64,000 bases of DNA from NCBI GenBank assembly GCA_012295275.1, contig CM022668.1:6138001-6202000 (forward strand). Direction: 5' to 3'. The position numbers were made by a program, and so were the translations under genes. Numbering within the stretch: position 1 is the first letter of the stretch; the number at the start of each line of letters is the position of its first letter. Of the stretch, positions 17,616 through 31,142 are shown piece after piece. Under the pieces are notes generated by a model. It did not search any database, was not told the DNA's origin, and worked only from the letters and a program-made list of their open reading frames with translations. The DNA is from Chrysomallon squamiferum. Taxonomy: Eukaryota > Animalia > Mollusca.

Positions 17616-17743
17616 ATGAAATTTCCTGGATTTTACATCTTTTTCGTTAACCACGTGATAGGTGTGATACATCGAGACATGGAATTTCGAAACCACGTCA
17701 TGACAACGACGTCTCAGTCGTCGTTGTATGATTGTTCTGCTGC
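17616..17743 (+). pseudogene. F4: 5' remnant of exon 1; the rest of the gene is deleted
   Basis: MKFPGFYIFFVNHVIG...YDCSAA, then an abrupt junction (tgc microhomology) to sequence that lies at ~42278 in the duplicate block, downstream of F9. Confidence 0.85.
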
Positions 17744-18779
17744 TGAATTCGCTGGTGCATGTAAAACAGATATATTATTAAATGCTCGAACAAAACGAAT
17801 TTCTGCTTACCAAACACAGTGTTTCTACTTCAAAAGAGGGAGACAAAAAATCACTTTAGTATTTTATTATTGACGTTAGAGGTTGATCTGTATTGATCTA
17901 TATTCAAGTAATTTCAGGGGTTTTAAATTATTTTTTTCCAGGAATGAACTGTAATAAAAAAATAAAAAAATAAAAAGTAAAATAATTAGAGAAAAAAAAG
18001 AACAATACGGTACAATAGATTCACTGCTCCATTGATCTGAATACATCTACAGAAACAAAAACAATCAAGTGGCTTTGATATGACAAAAGTCTTACTGCTG
18101 CTTGATGTTATATTTATACTAAGAAAGCAACAAATATTTAATTACGATATAAGTTACAGTGATCATTGTTTCACTGCAGTGATCATAATCTGTGTACAAC
18201 GTATTGTCTACAATTCTAAACAAGATCTATTTAATATTTAATTACTTGCGTTTCACTGACGACTTCTACTGCTGTGTTTGTTCTGTGATAAAATGATTCC
18301 ATTTCACTGACTGACTTCTATATTAATTGAATTTATTCATCCATTCGTTCATACATTAGTCCTTAATCAGTATATTTGGTTTTCATCTATCGATATTTAC
18401 TTATCTATACATTTACTGTTTACCTAGATACTTATATATTTAGCGAAACATCTATCTACCTTTCTATTAATCTATTGATCCAGCCATCTAGCCATGCATC
18501 TCTCCATGAGCCTACGTATCTCTCTATTTATATGTATATCTCTCTATCCATCAATCTATCAGCTTACTTATATACCGAACTGTATTGGCAGTCTTTGATT
18601 CTCCCCCTCTCTCTCTTTGTATACATACACATATTCATATAGATATTTATATATATACATACATATATACATAAAATAATTTATCGAAATACATTTAGTT
18701 AATTTAATTACTGTTTTTAAAAAAGAAATTAAAAAAAAACTACTATTTCAGCAAAAAGAAATAACAGGTTACTGCTTTA

Positions 18780-19293
18780 AGATACGCCTTTGTTTTGGTC
18801 GAGACAAATAGCTAACGCAGCTTGGTAAAGACTCGCTGCATTTGGTATTCCAACCTTCGCAGTTATCGTCGTGCCTATATATATATGTAGCATATATTAC
18901 GCTATAAATGAAAATCTAAAATGACTGTCAGATAAATAAATAGACAGATCGATCTATATATAAATATATAGTAGTATCTAGATACAGTAAATAAATTCAC
19001 GTCAGTAAATTAGACAATTAGCGATCGTTAAGTCAGTTCGCTGCGTCTGTATGAATGTTTAATTCTTCACAAATCAAAAGAGATAAAACAGCCAATAAGC
19101 ACTCAGACAAACAGACGCCTCTGGATGTCGATACGTCTATTTGTGAAGTATTATAAGAAACCAGAGATCTACGGACAATTAGCCTTAATCAACAGTTTAA
19201 CGGAGACAGCTTAAAGAATATGATACTGAAATCAAAAGAAAGAAAACTGGATTTATTTTATTTCTTATTTTAAGATTCTTACAAATATTAAAA
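18780..19293 (+). promoter_or_regulatory. Conserved upstream block shared by the copies (CCAAT-containing; splice-acceptor-like site ~19 nt before the ATG)
   Basis: The motifs ggtaaagcctcgctgca, tcgctgcgtctgtatgaat, agccaata and tttt(a)ag|attcttac recur, with variation, before the ATG of F3, F4, F5, F8, F9, F10 and F12; F6/F11 keep only the proximal part. Function is inferred, and the conservation may only reflect recent duplication. Confidence 0.35.
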
Positions 19294-21253
19294 ATGAAAT
19301 TTTCTAGATTTTATATCTTATTCGTTAATCACGTCATAGGTGTGATACACCGAGACATGGAATTTCGAAACCACGTCATGACCACGACGTCTCAGTCGAT
19401 GTTGTATGACTGTTCTGCTGCCTGTGTAGCTGATATGTGTTGTGAATCCTTGAACTTCTTCACGTGTGCCCTGGAGAGTCAACTCAGCTACAAAACAAAG
19501 AAAGAAAGTTCACGAGATTTTGTCACAAAGAAAGGATCAATTTACCAAGACAAAGATTCTATAGCCAAGGTGAGATACTTTAATTTCTTGTTTATTTTAT
19601 TACAACAACAATTACTACTACTGCTATTACTACTACGACTACTGCTGCTTCTAATACTACTAGTACTACAATTACTACTGGTAATATAACGATTGCTATT
19701 GTTACTACTACTTCTGTTACGAATAGTAATATCGCGACTACTTTTACTACGACTTTTACTACAGCTAATTTTCAGACTACTATTATGACTATCTCTAATT
19801 CTATTACAGCTACCACAGTTCCATCACAAATACTACTATTACTATTCTTTTATTATTATTATTATTATTATTGTTATTGTAACGATTACTCCTACTACTG
19901 TTATTGTTATTACGAGTAACACTACTACAACTTATACTGTATTGTTAATAGTACTATAGATGTACCAATGACTATTATTTTACTATTGTTAATATGGCTG
20001 ATATTATCACTGTTACTACTAGTAGTGGATTATTCATTTATTTATTTATTTATTTATTTAATTTAATTATTTATTTTATTTTATTTTATTTTATTTTAAT
20101 TTATTTATTTATTTATTATTTGCTATTTGCAGACTGTAACTGGAATTTGTGATACGGATGTCTGTCTGTCGTATCAACAATGTCAGGTCATACTTATGAA
20201 TGAGGCGAAATGTATATCACATGACAGTGACGTAAAAACATCAGCTACACAACCCTCCACTGGTAAATGTAATTTAGACAAAGCACTGATAGATACATTT
20301 GTTTTGTCCGTTTTCTCGATGAACGAATAACTTAGTCTACTAAAAGTGTTCATACATAGAAACCGGTGTATGTATATTTGAAAGTAATTAACAAAAGCAT
20401 AATAGAATAGTATCAATGTTTATAATTAAATAATGGTATAGCTTTTCCTGTAAAATATCATTTTTTAATAATGGTTCATATTAAATAAGAAAATGAAGAA
20501 ATTACATATTCTTCATAGATCATGGTCCTGATGTGACACGAAACTGTTTTGACGTCATGATGTCGTATCCCTGCTCTGGACCTGCTGTATTGACGTCATC
20601 TGAGGTTAACAACGTGATAGTGTTTTGTGATATGTCAACTCTTTACGGTGGTTGGTTTGTAAGTAGGGACCAGTCATTTTAGATGTTATTTTATTTTTAT
20701 TAATTTATTATTCCTTCATTCGATCATTCATCCATTCATTGATTCATTAATTAGTTCATTAAATGATTCACTTCTTTATTTATTCATACCTTTATTTGTT
20801 AGTGTAGCTTTATTTCTTTTCATTAGTAAAATGTAATACACATATTTACACGAATACAAACATACATACATTGATACATACCTACATATATACAAATATG
20901 CATACATTCATGCATAGATTCATAAAACACACACACTTACCTACTTATTTACCAACGTCCATTTTTGCCTTAAACTAATGTACAGATTATTCAAAGACGA
21001 ATGGACGGATCTACAGACTTCTACAGAACATGGCAGGAATACAAGGAAGGATTTGGAGATGTAGAAAGAGAATACTGGTTGGGTAAGAAATTGTTTACTA
21101 GTTTATGAGATGCATCTATCAGGTAACTGTGATAAACAAGTTTTGTGTTTTATATTGAAAGAAAAATTATACCTCAATATAGAGTCTTAGAATATCATTC
21201 TTCTTCTTCTTCTTCCTCTTCTTCTTCTTCTTCTTATTATTATTACTCATTAC

Positions 21254-21296
<43 letters not shown>

Positions 21297-22124
21297 GTTG
21301 TTGTTGTTGTTATTGCTGTTGTTGATGAAACGAGAACATCTACCAAATAACAAATAAACAGGAATATGAGCTACGTGTTGATCTAGAAGACTTTGAAGGA
21401 AACAAACGTTACGCGATGTACTCGACATTTTCACTGGGTAGTGAGGCGGAGAACTACACTCTACACATTGGATCTTATATATTTATGTTTGTCTATATGT
21501 GTCTATATGGAGGTATGTATGTAAGAAAACGTGTGCATGTCTGTGTCTATGTATGTATGTGTGTCTGTGAATGTTTGAATATATTTCTCTCTCAGCATAT
21601 ATCTGTATATGAATGTGTTTCTGTGTCAGTTTGTTTGTTTGTACGTACGTCTGTCATTTCTTTATCCGTGTGGCTTGGATTATAACTGAGTTTCTGTGTT
21701 AATGTATTTCTACATTTGTGCGTGTATCTGTGTATTGGAGATTGTACTTGTATGTATAAGTAGTTTTTGCCAAAAGTGAAAAAAATTTCGTACGAAGATT
21801 GCTCTTGCTATTATTTCGCAATAACAATGATAATTGGGAATTATACTTTTTTCCCGTTCCAAAAGTGACTCACTTTCCGGGCACAATGCTCAGTCTTTTA
21901 CAACTAAGGATAAGGATCAGGATACGTATTCTTCAAACTGTGCCGAACTAGTTCATGGGGCGTGGTGGTACACAGCCTGTCACAGTTCAAATCTAAACGG
22001 CTTGTACCTGGGAGGCCTTACTACGGTATACGCGAAAAGAGTTACTTGGAGTTCGTGGAGAGGCCAGTTCTACTCCTTGAAGAGAACTGAAATGAAAATA
22101 AGACCACTTTTCTCTGGAAAATAA
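19294..22124 (+). pseudogene. F5: full-length copy with splice-site lesions
   Basis: Exons 19294-19569, 20133-20262, 20519-20658 and 20986-21082 are open. Exon 5 (21327-~21477) has its acceptor changed cag>gat and has lost its 3' end and donor. The exon 6 (21865-22124) acceptor ccaaag|g has become ccaaaag|t, a 1-nt shift. Confidence 0.8.
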
Positions 22125-22588
22125 AACCAGTTTTGTCTCGAAAATAAACCAGTTTATTGTTGAAGATAGACGCAATTACCTACTGAAGTTAAGATCAGAT
22201 TAGCTTTGAAGATAAATTTCATATTCTTCGTTCAAGTCTTCTGCAGGCTTTAATATCTCTGTACCGAATGAAGACATTTATTTCACTGCTTTAAAATTCT
22301 GTATGTAAGTTTCTAATTGTTTATTCATTATTTCATTTTTTACACCTTTGTTCATTTGTTTTGTTTTTGCTTAGAGGGACTAATTTTTAATGAGCTACTG
22401 TTTATCGACATTTTAAATAAAAACATATAATTTGAAATAATTATTGTTGTGAATTTTTTATCAATTCATGTTTTATTTAATAGCATTAATGCTTGGGGAC
22501 ATAACATTTTGCACACAAACACACAGACAGACATTGACAGAGACAGAGATTCATACATACATAGATTTATGGATACATTTTCATATAC

Positions 22589-22691
<103 letters not shown>

Positions 22692-22954
22692 CAGAGAGAG
22701 AGACAGAAAGAGAGAGAGACTAGTTCGAAACACTTCATCAAGCTTTGTTCTAATCATCTAACGGAACATTCAGTTCATCAAACATTTTTTTAATGCAACA
22801 TTTCATGTAGGACTAGCTAATCAAACTCTGTTCTGATGGTAGATTTCAAATCGTCGGAACAGTTCATCAAGCTTTATTCTAACGGAATGTTTCCTAAATC
22901 TAATGGAATATTTCAAGTCGGAACATTTCACCAGAGTATCGTACATTAGATTAG

Positions 22955-22996
<42 letters not shown>

Positions 22997-23059
22997 GTTG
23001 TTGTTGTTGTTGTTGTTGTTGTTTCAAACAGAACATTACTAATAACAACTGTAATTACT

Positions 23060-23620
23060 AAAGCAGCAGCAGCAGTGGTAGCAGTAGTAATGGAACTGCA
23101 GCAGTGGTAGTAGTAGTAATTGAACAGCAGCAGTGGTAGTAGTAGTAATTGAACAGCAGCAGTGGTAGCAGTAGTAACTGAACAGCAGCAGTGGTAGCAG
23201 TAGTAATTGAACAGCAGGAGTGGTAGTAGTAGTAATTGAACAGCAGCAGTGGTAGTAGTAGTAATGTAACAGAAGCAGTGGTAGTAGTAGTACTGGAACA
23301 GCAGCAGTGGTAGTAGTAGTACTGGAACAGCAGGAGTACTATTTCTGGTAACAGTCTTAGTAATAGTGACTGCTATTGTAGAGTAGTAAAATAATAGTTA
23401 TAGCAGTAGGAATGTTTATCTATTGTAGTGATACTTCCAGTAGTAAAATAATAATTATAGCAGTAGGAATGTTTATATCTTATAGTAATACTTCTAGTAG
23501 TAAAATAATAGTTATAGCAGTAGGAATGTTTATGTCTTATAGTAATACTTCTAGTAGTGAAATAATAGTTATAGCAGTAGGAATGCTTATGTCTTGGAAT
23601 AATACTTCGAGTAATGAGGT
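23060..23620. repeat. Compound minisatellite: 29-bp units, then ~4 units of 57 bp
   Basis: gaacagcagcagtggtagtagtagtaatt repeats, then agtagtaaaataatagttatagcagtaggaatgtttatatcttatagtaatacttcc repeats. Confidence 0.9.
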
Positions 23621-23683
23621 CGAATATTACTACCAGAAACAGCATTAGTAGCAATAAAACCAGTAATAATGATTAGGATGATA

Positions 23684-23726
<43 letters not shown>

Positions 23727-25423
23727 TCAATAATAGTAGTCGTGCTGTTAATAATAATCAAATAATAACGTAACAAGAACAACATTATATTATGTAATCA
23801 GTATCTTTTTCATTTGCTGTTGGTGCATGTAAAACAGATATATTATTAAATGAACTTACAAAACGAATTTTTCCTTATCAAATCTGTGTGTGTACTTCAA
23901 AAGGTAGACAAGAAATCACTTTTATTATTGACCTGAGAGGTTGATCTATATTGATCTTTATTGAAGTGATTATTATTATTATTCTTACTGATTTATCAAT
24001 GTATAGCATAATGATATTAAAGAGTGTAACCGATTTTCAGAGATTTTAAATTTATTTTTTACAGGAATGAACTGTAATAAAATGTAAAAATAAAAATTTT
24101 AAAGATTAGAGAAAAAAAGAAAACAATATGGTGCAATAGTAGTAATCTAAACAACAACAAACCCAACAATAACAAAACCTAAAAAGCAATCAAAATGGAA
24201 AAATAAAATATAATACCATAAATTTAAGTTAAATTAAATTAAATAAATAAATGACTACTACTACTATTACTAATACTAATATTACTAAATCAACTAATAA
24301 TAGTAATTTAGATTGTACCTTTCACTTTACAAAATCCGATCGAATGACACGGAATCAATTTTATAATTATGGAAAACATTTCTTCAGGAATCCGGATTCA
24401 CCCGGGCGTTACGTTTCATCCTGTTTGTTTATTCAGAATTCATGAGAACTGCTTAATACTGCATGAAGATACTTAAACTTTTCAATCCATTACTTTAGAA
24501 ACAAGCACCTACATTGACGTGAATACATCTACAGAAACAAAAACAGTGAAGTGGCTTTGATATGAAAAAAGCTAGACTGCTGCTTGATATTATTTTTATA
24601 CTAAGAAAGCAATAAATATTTAATTACGATATCAGATACAGGGATCATGGTTTCACTGCACTGATGATAATCTGTGTACAACGTATTGTGTACAATTCTA
24701 AACAAGATCTATTTAATATTTAATTACGTGTGTATGACTGACGACTTCTACTGCTGTGTTTGTTACGTCATAAAATGATCACATTTCACTGACTGACTTC
24801 TATATTAATTGAATTTATTCAACCGACCTTTCATTCATTAATTTACTCATTTATCAGTGTATCAGTGTTTAGTTTCGTATCTATCGATATTTACATATCT
24901 ATACATTTTCTGTTTACCAAGATACTTAAATATTTAGCGACACATCTGTCTACCTTTCCATTAATATATTAATCCGTCCATCCATACATACATCTTCCAT
25001 GCGCCTCTGTATCTCTGTGTTTATCTGTATATCTCTTTATGCATCTATATGCTATGTTTTTATATATCTAACTGTACTGCCAGTCTGTACAATTCCTCGC
25101 TATCTGTCTATCTGTACTCGTATACATATTCATATAGATTTTCATATACAAGAATAGACACTTAAAGATCGTCAAGTCAGTTCGCTGCGTTTCTATGAAT
25201 CTTTAATTCTCCACCGATCAAAACAGGTAAAATAGTCAATAAGCAGACACCTCCCATGACGATACGTCTATTTCAGAAGTTTTCTAACAACCAGAGAACA
25301 ATTACTCTAAACGCAGAAGTCAACGGTTTAACAGAGACAGCGGAAGAACGTAATATTCGAATCATAAGAAAGAAAACTGGATTTATTTTATTTGTTATTT
25401 TAAGATTCTTACAAATATTAAAA

Positions 25424-25995
25424 ATGAAATTTTCTGGATTTTATATCTTATTCGTTAATCACGTCATAGGTGTGATACATCGAGACATGGAATTTCGAAA
25501 CCACGTCATGACCACGACGTCTCAGTCGTCGTTGTATGACTGTTCTGCTGCCTGTGTAGCTGATATGTGTTGTAAATCTTTTAACTTCTTCACGTCTACC
25601 CTGGAGTGTCAACTCAACTACAAAACAAAGGAAGAAAGTTCACAAGATTTTGTCACGAAGAAAGGATCAGTTTACCAAGACAAAGATTCTATAGACAAAG
25701 TGAGATATTTTAATTTTGTGCTTATTTTTATACATCTTCTACTGTTATTGCTGCTTCTATTACAGGTACCACAGTTCCACCACAACTACTACTATTAATA
25801 CTGCTAGTATTACCGGAACTACTACAAAATTATTTTATCATTATTGTTACGATTGCTACTACTACTGTTATTGTTACTATTAGTAAAGCTACTACAACTA
25901 ATACTGCATTGTTAATATTACTATAGATACACCTATGACTATTATTTTACTACTACTAACAGTATTTATTTATTTATTTATTTATATTTATTTTA

Positions 25996-26056
<61 letters not shown>

Positions 26057-28228
26057 TTTTTTTGCTATTTGCAGACTGTATCTGGAATTTGTGGTACTGA
26101 CGTCTGTCTGTCGTATCAAAAATGTCAAGTCACACGTATGAATGATGTGAAATGTGTATCACGTGACAGTGACGTAACACCATCAGCTACTCAACCTTCC
26201 ACACGTAAATCTAATCTAGACAAAGCACTCATAGATAAATTTGTTTTGTTCGTTTTCTCGATGAACGAATAACTTAGCCTACTAAAAGTATTCATACATA
26301 GAAACCTGTATGAAAGTAACTAACACAAATATAAAGGAATAGTATGAAAGTTTGTAATTAAATTATGGTACAACTTTTCCTCGAATTAACAGATTTTAAT
26401 ATTGGTTCATATTAAATAAGAAAATGTAGAATTGCATATTCTTCATAGGTTTTGTTCCTGATGTGATGCGAAACTGTTATGACGTCATGATGACGTTTCC
26501 ATGCTCTGGACATTTTGTATTGAAGTCATCTCAGGTTAACAACGTGCCAGCGTTTTGTGATATGTCAACTCTTAACGGTGGTTGGTTGGTTAGTAAGTTT
26601 ATTTGTGTCCATTAGAAAAATTATATGTAAATGAATACAAACATACATACATAGGTACATACATACATAGGTTCATACTTACATACAAATATATATAGAT
26701 ATATATTTACATACATACAAATATGTATACTTATATGCATACATATATAAAACACACATACACACATACATACACACATACTTACCTACTTATTTACCTA
26801 CGTCCATTTGTGTCTTAAACTAATGTGCAGATTATACAAAGACGGATGGACGGATCTACAGACTTCTACAGAACATGTCAGGAATACAAGGAAGGATTTG
26901 GAGATGTAGAAAGAGAATACTGGTTTGGTAAGAAATTGTTTACTATTTCATGAGATGCATCTATCAGGTAACTGTGACAAATAATTTTTGTGTTTTATGT
27001 TCAAAGAAAAATAAATATAAAGTCGTAGAATATTTTGATTCTTCTTTTTCTTCTTCTTCTTCTTCTTCTTCTATTTCTTCTTTCTATTATTATTATTATT
27101 ACTGCTGTTGTTCAGGAAACGAGAACATCTACAAGATAACAAGTAAACAGGAATACGAGCTACGTGTTGATCTAGAAGACTTTGAAGGAAACAAACGTTA
27201 CGCGATGTACTCGACATTTTCACTGGGTAGTGAGGCGGAGAACTACACTCTACACATTGGATCTTACAGCGGAAACGCAGGTTGGTCTGGCATCAGTCAA
27301 TAGAAACAATAAAAATATATTCTTGTATTATAATATGCTGATGATACAAAGTAATATCTATGATAAAATTTAGTGTATATGTTCAATCAAAAATCTGTTA
27401 ACCGAATATCAAATCAACTACCATGTTCAATGTTCTTTCTGTGAGGTATTTAATTTAGTAAACGTCATAACTGTTTCACTCAGTTTTAGCTATAACAAGT
27501 TAAAACAGACCTAATGAATAACAGTGATATATATATATATGGAGGTATGTCTGTATAAAAACGTGTGCCTGTATGTCTCTGTGTATGTATGTATGTATGT
27601 ATGTGTGTCTGTGTATGTTTGAAAAAGTTTTCTGTCTGAGTATGTGTTTGTATACATGTGTGTTTCTATATCAGTGTGTTTGTTTTTGTACGTCTTTCGT
27701 GTGCGTATCCGCGTTCCTTGGTTTATAACTGGGTTTCTGTTTTAATGCATTTATACATTTGTGCGTGTGTCTGTGTGTGAGGCCGTATATATTTATCTGT
27801 GTGTCTATCCATGCGTATAAACGTGTGAGTGCGTCTGTATATTAAAGATTTTATTTGTGTGTATAACTCGTTTTTGCCAATAGTGAACAAAATATAGTAC
27901 GAAGACTGCTCTTGCTATTATTTCATAATAATAATGATAATTTACACTTTTTTCCCGTTCCAAAGGTGATTCACTTACCGCGCACAATGGTCAGTCTTTT
28001 ACAACTAAGGATAGGGATCAGAATTCGCATTATTTGAACTGTGCCGAACTCTTTCATGGAGCGTGGTGGTACGCAGCCTGTCACAGTTCAAATCTAAACG
28101 GCTTGTACCTGGGAGGCCCCTTACAAACGGTTTTCGCCGAAGGAGTTACTTGGAGTTCGTGGACAGGCCAATACTACTCCTTGAAGAGAACTGAAATGAA
28201 AATAAGACCAATTTTGTCTGGAAAATAA
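25424..28228 (+). CDS. F6: complete PAN-FOLN-FReD protein, 356 aa
   Basis: Exons 25424-25699, 26075-26204, 26449-26588, 26831-26927, 27116-27280, 27966-28228. All GT-AG, in frame, ending RPILSGK*. Carries W>C in RTWQEY and a one-codon insertion in exon 6. Confidence 0.9.
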
Positions 28229-29530
28229 AACCAGTTTTGTCTCTGAAGTTTAAAACCAAATTTAGTTTTGAAGATTAAAATTCAGCTTCTTCTTTTAAGT
28301 ATTCTATCAGTTTAAATATCAAGGACAATATGAAGATGTTTATTTAATTACTTGAAAATTGTATTTTGTTTTAATTGGTTATTTATTATTTGTTTGTTCA
28401 AATGTTTAATTTTGTTTATTTCTTTCTTAGAGGTATTAATTTTCAATGAGCTATTGTTATTCCATATTTTAAAACAAAAATTAGTTAATCAAGCTTTGTT
28501 CTAGTGGAACATTCCATGCTAGAACAGTGAACCAAGCTTTGTTCTAAAGGAACATTCAACAAAACAGTTCATCAAAATTTGTTCTAGAGGAAAATTCCGT
28601 GAAACACGTTCATACAAAATCTTTTTTGTTCTTTTGAGTCGTGTATAAGTTTTAATATCTCTCGGCAGTATGAAGATGTTTATTTAATTACTTTAAAATT
28701 ATATTTGTTTTTAATTGGTTATTTAGTATTGGTTTATTTACACGTGTGTTCGTTGTTTATTTATTTTCTCTTATTTTTTTCTCAGAGGGATTAATTTTCA
28801 ATGAGCTATTTTTATTCCATGTTCTAAAATAAAGATCAGTTGATGAAGCTGTGTCTTGAAGGACGAGTTCATCAAACTTTTTGTTGTAAAGGAATATTTC
28901 ATAAAACTTTCCATGGAACATTCCAATTCGGAACAGTTAATCAAGCTTTGTTCTTATTGAATATTCCATGTCGGATCAGGATCGTCAAACTTCGTTCTAA
29001 TGGAACATTCCGCCGGAACAGTTCATCAGGCTCTTTTCTAAAGGAAGATTCCGTGCGTAACCACGCTGTATATCAATACTGTTTGAAACACGTTGATATA
29101 ACACCTTTCTTTTTCTTCTGTTGTTATCACTTGATGTCTCTCTGTTTATATTTACCTTTTAGAAAGCTATTAACAGCTTCTTTTTTTAGAACATTAAATG
29201 TTTTATCTGAAACTTGGTGTCACACAATAGTTCATACTTCAAGCTGAAGAGCTTATTAAGGGAAGACACTTCCGTTTCTATTGATTTTCTTTGACGTTAT
29301 TTTTTCGTTCCGCGAAATATTCAGGGGATTTAGATCGAGTTGTCATTTAATAAACTTTTAATTTCTGCGAGTGAATTCTCTCGTTATAATGTTTTGTACA
29401 GGGAATTATCAGTCAGACAAGTATAATTAATAAGTTCCCCTTTGTTACAAATAATAATAATAATTTGTGACTCCATTTAATAAAAAAAACGATTAGTTTA
29501 AACAGAAATATCTTCAGAATATATTTGATA

Positions 29531-29567
<37 letters not shown>

Positions 29568-29870
29568 ATTATTATTATTTTTGTTATTATTATTATTATT
29601 GATACGATTACTGCTACTGCTGTTATTGTTACTACTAGTTACACTACTACAACTTATACTGTATTGTTAATACCAATGTCTATTATTTTACTGCAGTTAA
29701 TATGGCTGATATCATCATTATTACTACTAATAGTGGATTATTTATTTATTTATTTATATATTTATTTATTTATTGTTTTATTTATTGTTTTTTTATTTAT
29801 TTTTTTTTTTTTATTTTAATTTTATTTTTTCCTTTGTTTTTTTATTTATTAATTTTTTTTTTATTATTTT

Positions 29871-29921
<51 letters not shown>

Positions 29922-29929
29922 ATTTGCAG

Positions 29930-30795
29930 ACTGTATCCGGAATTTGTGGTACTGACGTCTGTCTGTCGTATCAAAAATGTCAAGTGACACGTATGAATGA
30001 TGCGAAATGTGTATCACGTGACAGTGACGTAACACCATCAGCTATACAACCCTCCACTTGTAAACTTAATTTGGACAAAGCACCGAGAGATACATTTGTT
30101 TTGTTCGTTTCCTGGATGAACGAATAACTTAGTCTACTAAAAGTGTTCATACATAGAAACCTGTATATGTATGTGCGCATATATGTATATAAATGTATGA
30201 AAGTAATTAACAAAAATATAAAAGAATAGCATGAACGTTTATAATTAAATTATGGTATAAGTTTTCCTCTATGATATTTTAATAATCTTTCATATTAAGT
30301 AAGAAAATGTATAAATTACATATTATTCATAGATCATGCTCCTAATGTGACACGAAACTGTTATGACGTCATGATGACATATCCATGCTCTGGACCTGCT
30401 GTACTGACGTCATCTGAGGTTTACAACGTCATAGTGTTTTGTGACATGTCAACTCTTTACGGTGGTTGGTTTGTAAGTAGGGACCAGTCATTTTAGAGAA
30501 TATTTTAATTTTATTAATTTCTTGTTTCTTCATTCGATCATTCATCCATTCATTGTTTCGTTAATTAATTCATTCACTCAATCATTTCTTTATGTATTCA
30601 TATCTTCATTTGTTATTAGAGCTTTATTGCTTTCCATTAGAAAAATGTAATATACATATGTGCAGTATTACAAACATACATCCACGCATACATACATAAA
30701 ACACACATACTTACCTACTTAGTTACCAACGTCCATTTGTGTCTTAAACTAATGTACAGATTATACAAAGACGGATGGACGGATCTACAGACTTG
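29930..30795 (+). pseudogene. F7: internal fragment (exons 2, 3 and the start of exon 4)
   Basis: Exon 2 at 29930-30059 and exon 3 at 30333-30472; exon 4 starts at 30760 and breaks at ~30795. There is no exon 1 upstream; the fragment joins a 3'-flank sequence at a (TAT)n tract. Confidence 0.85.
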
Positions 30796-31142
30796 GATCT
30801 ACATCTTTATCTATGTATGTAGTTAAGTATGTATGCATGTATGTACGTACGTATATCTTTATGTATGTATGTACATATAAAGTCTATTACATTTTTCTAT
30901 TATATATATATATATATATATGTTTGTTTGTATGTATGCATGTATGTATGTTTGTATTTGTGTACATATGTGTATTACATTTTTCTAATGGAAAAAATAA
31001 AGCTACAATAACAAATAAAGATATGAATAAATAAAGAAAAAATGAATGAATGAATGAATGAATGAATTAATGAATGATCGAATGAAGAAATAATAAATTA
31101 ATAAAAATGAAATAATTTCTAAAATAACTGGTCCGTACTTAC

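Noticed and set aside
21082-21865. Rescue of F5 by in-frame skipping of symmetric exon 5
   Set aside because: The exon 6 acceptor is also shifted by 1 nt, so skipping still frameshifts, and the FReD core would be lost.
25256-25423. Longer N-terminus for F6 from an upstream ATG
   Set aside because: The frame is broken by a 1-nt insertion in twin F11, an acceptor-like site precedes the MKF ATG, and MKF begins a signal-like peptide in all copies.
28840-29247. 135-aa ORF repeated at 7062-7547 (-)
   Set aside because: It is a 3'-flank repeat; the frame is not preserved between the copies or in the F1 flank.
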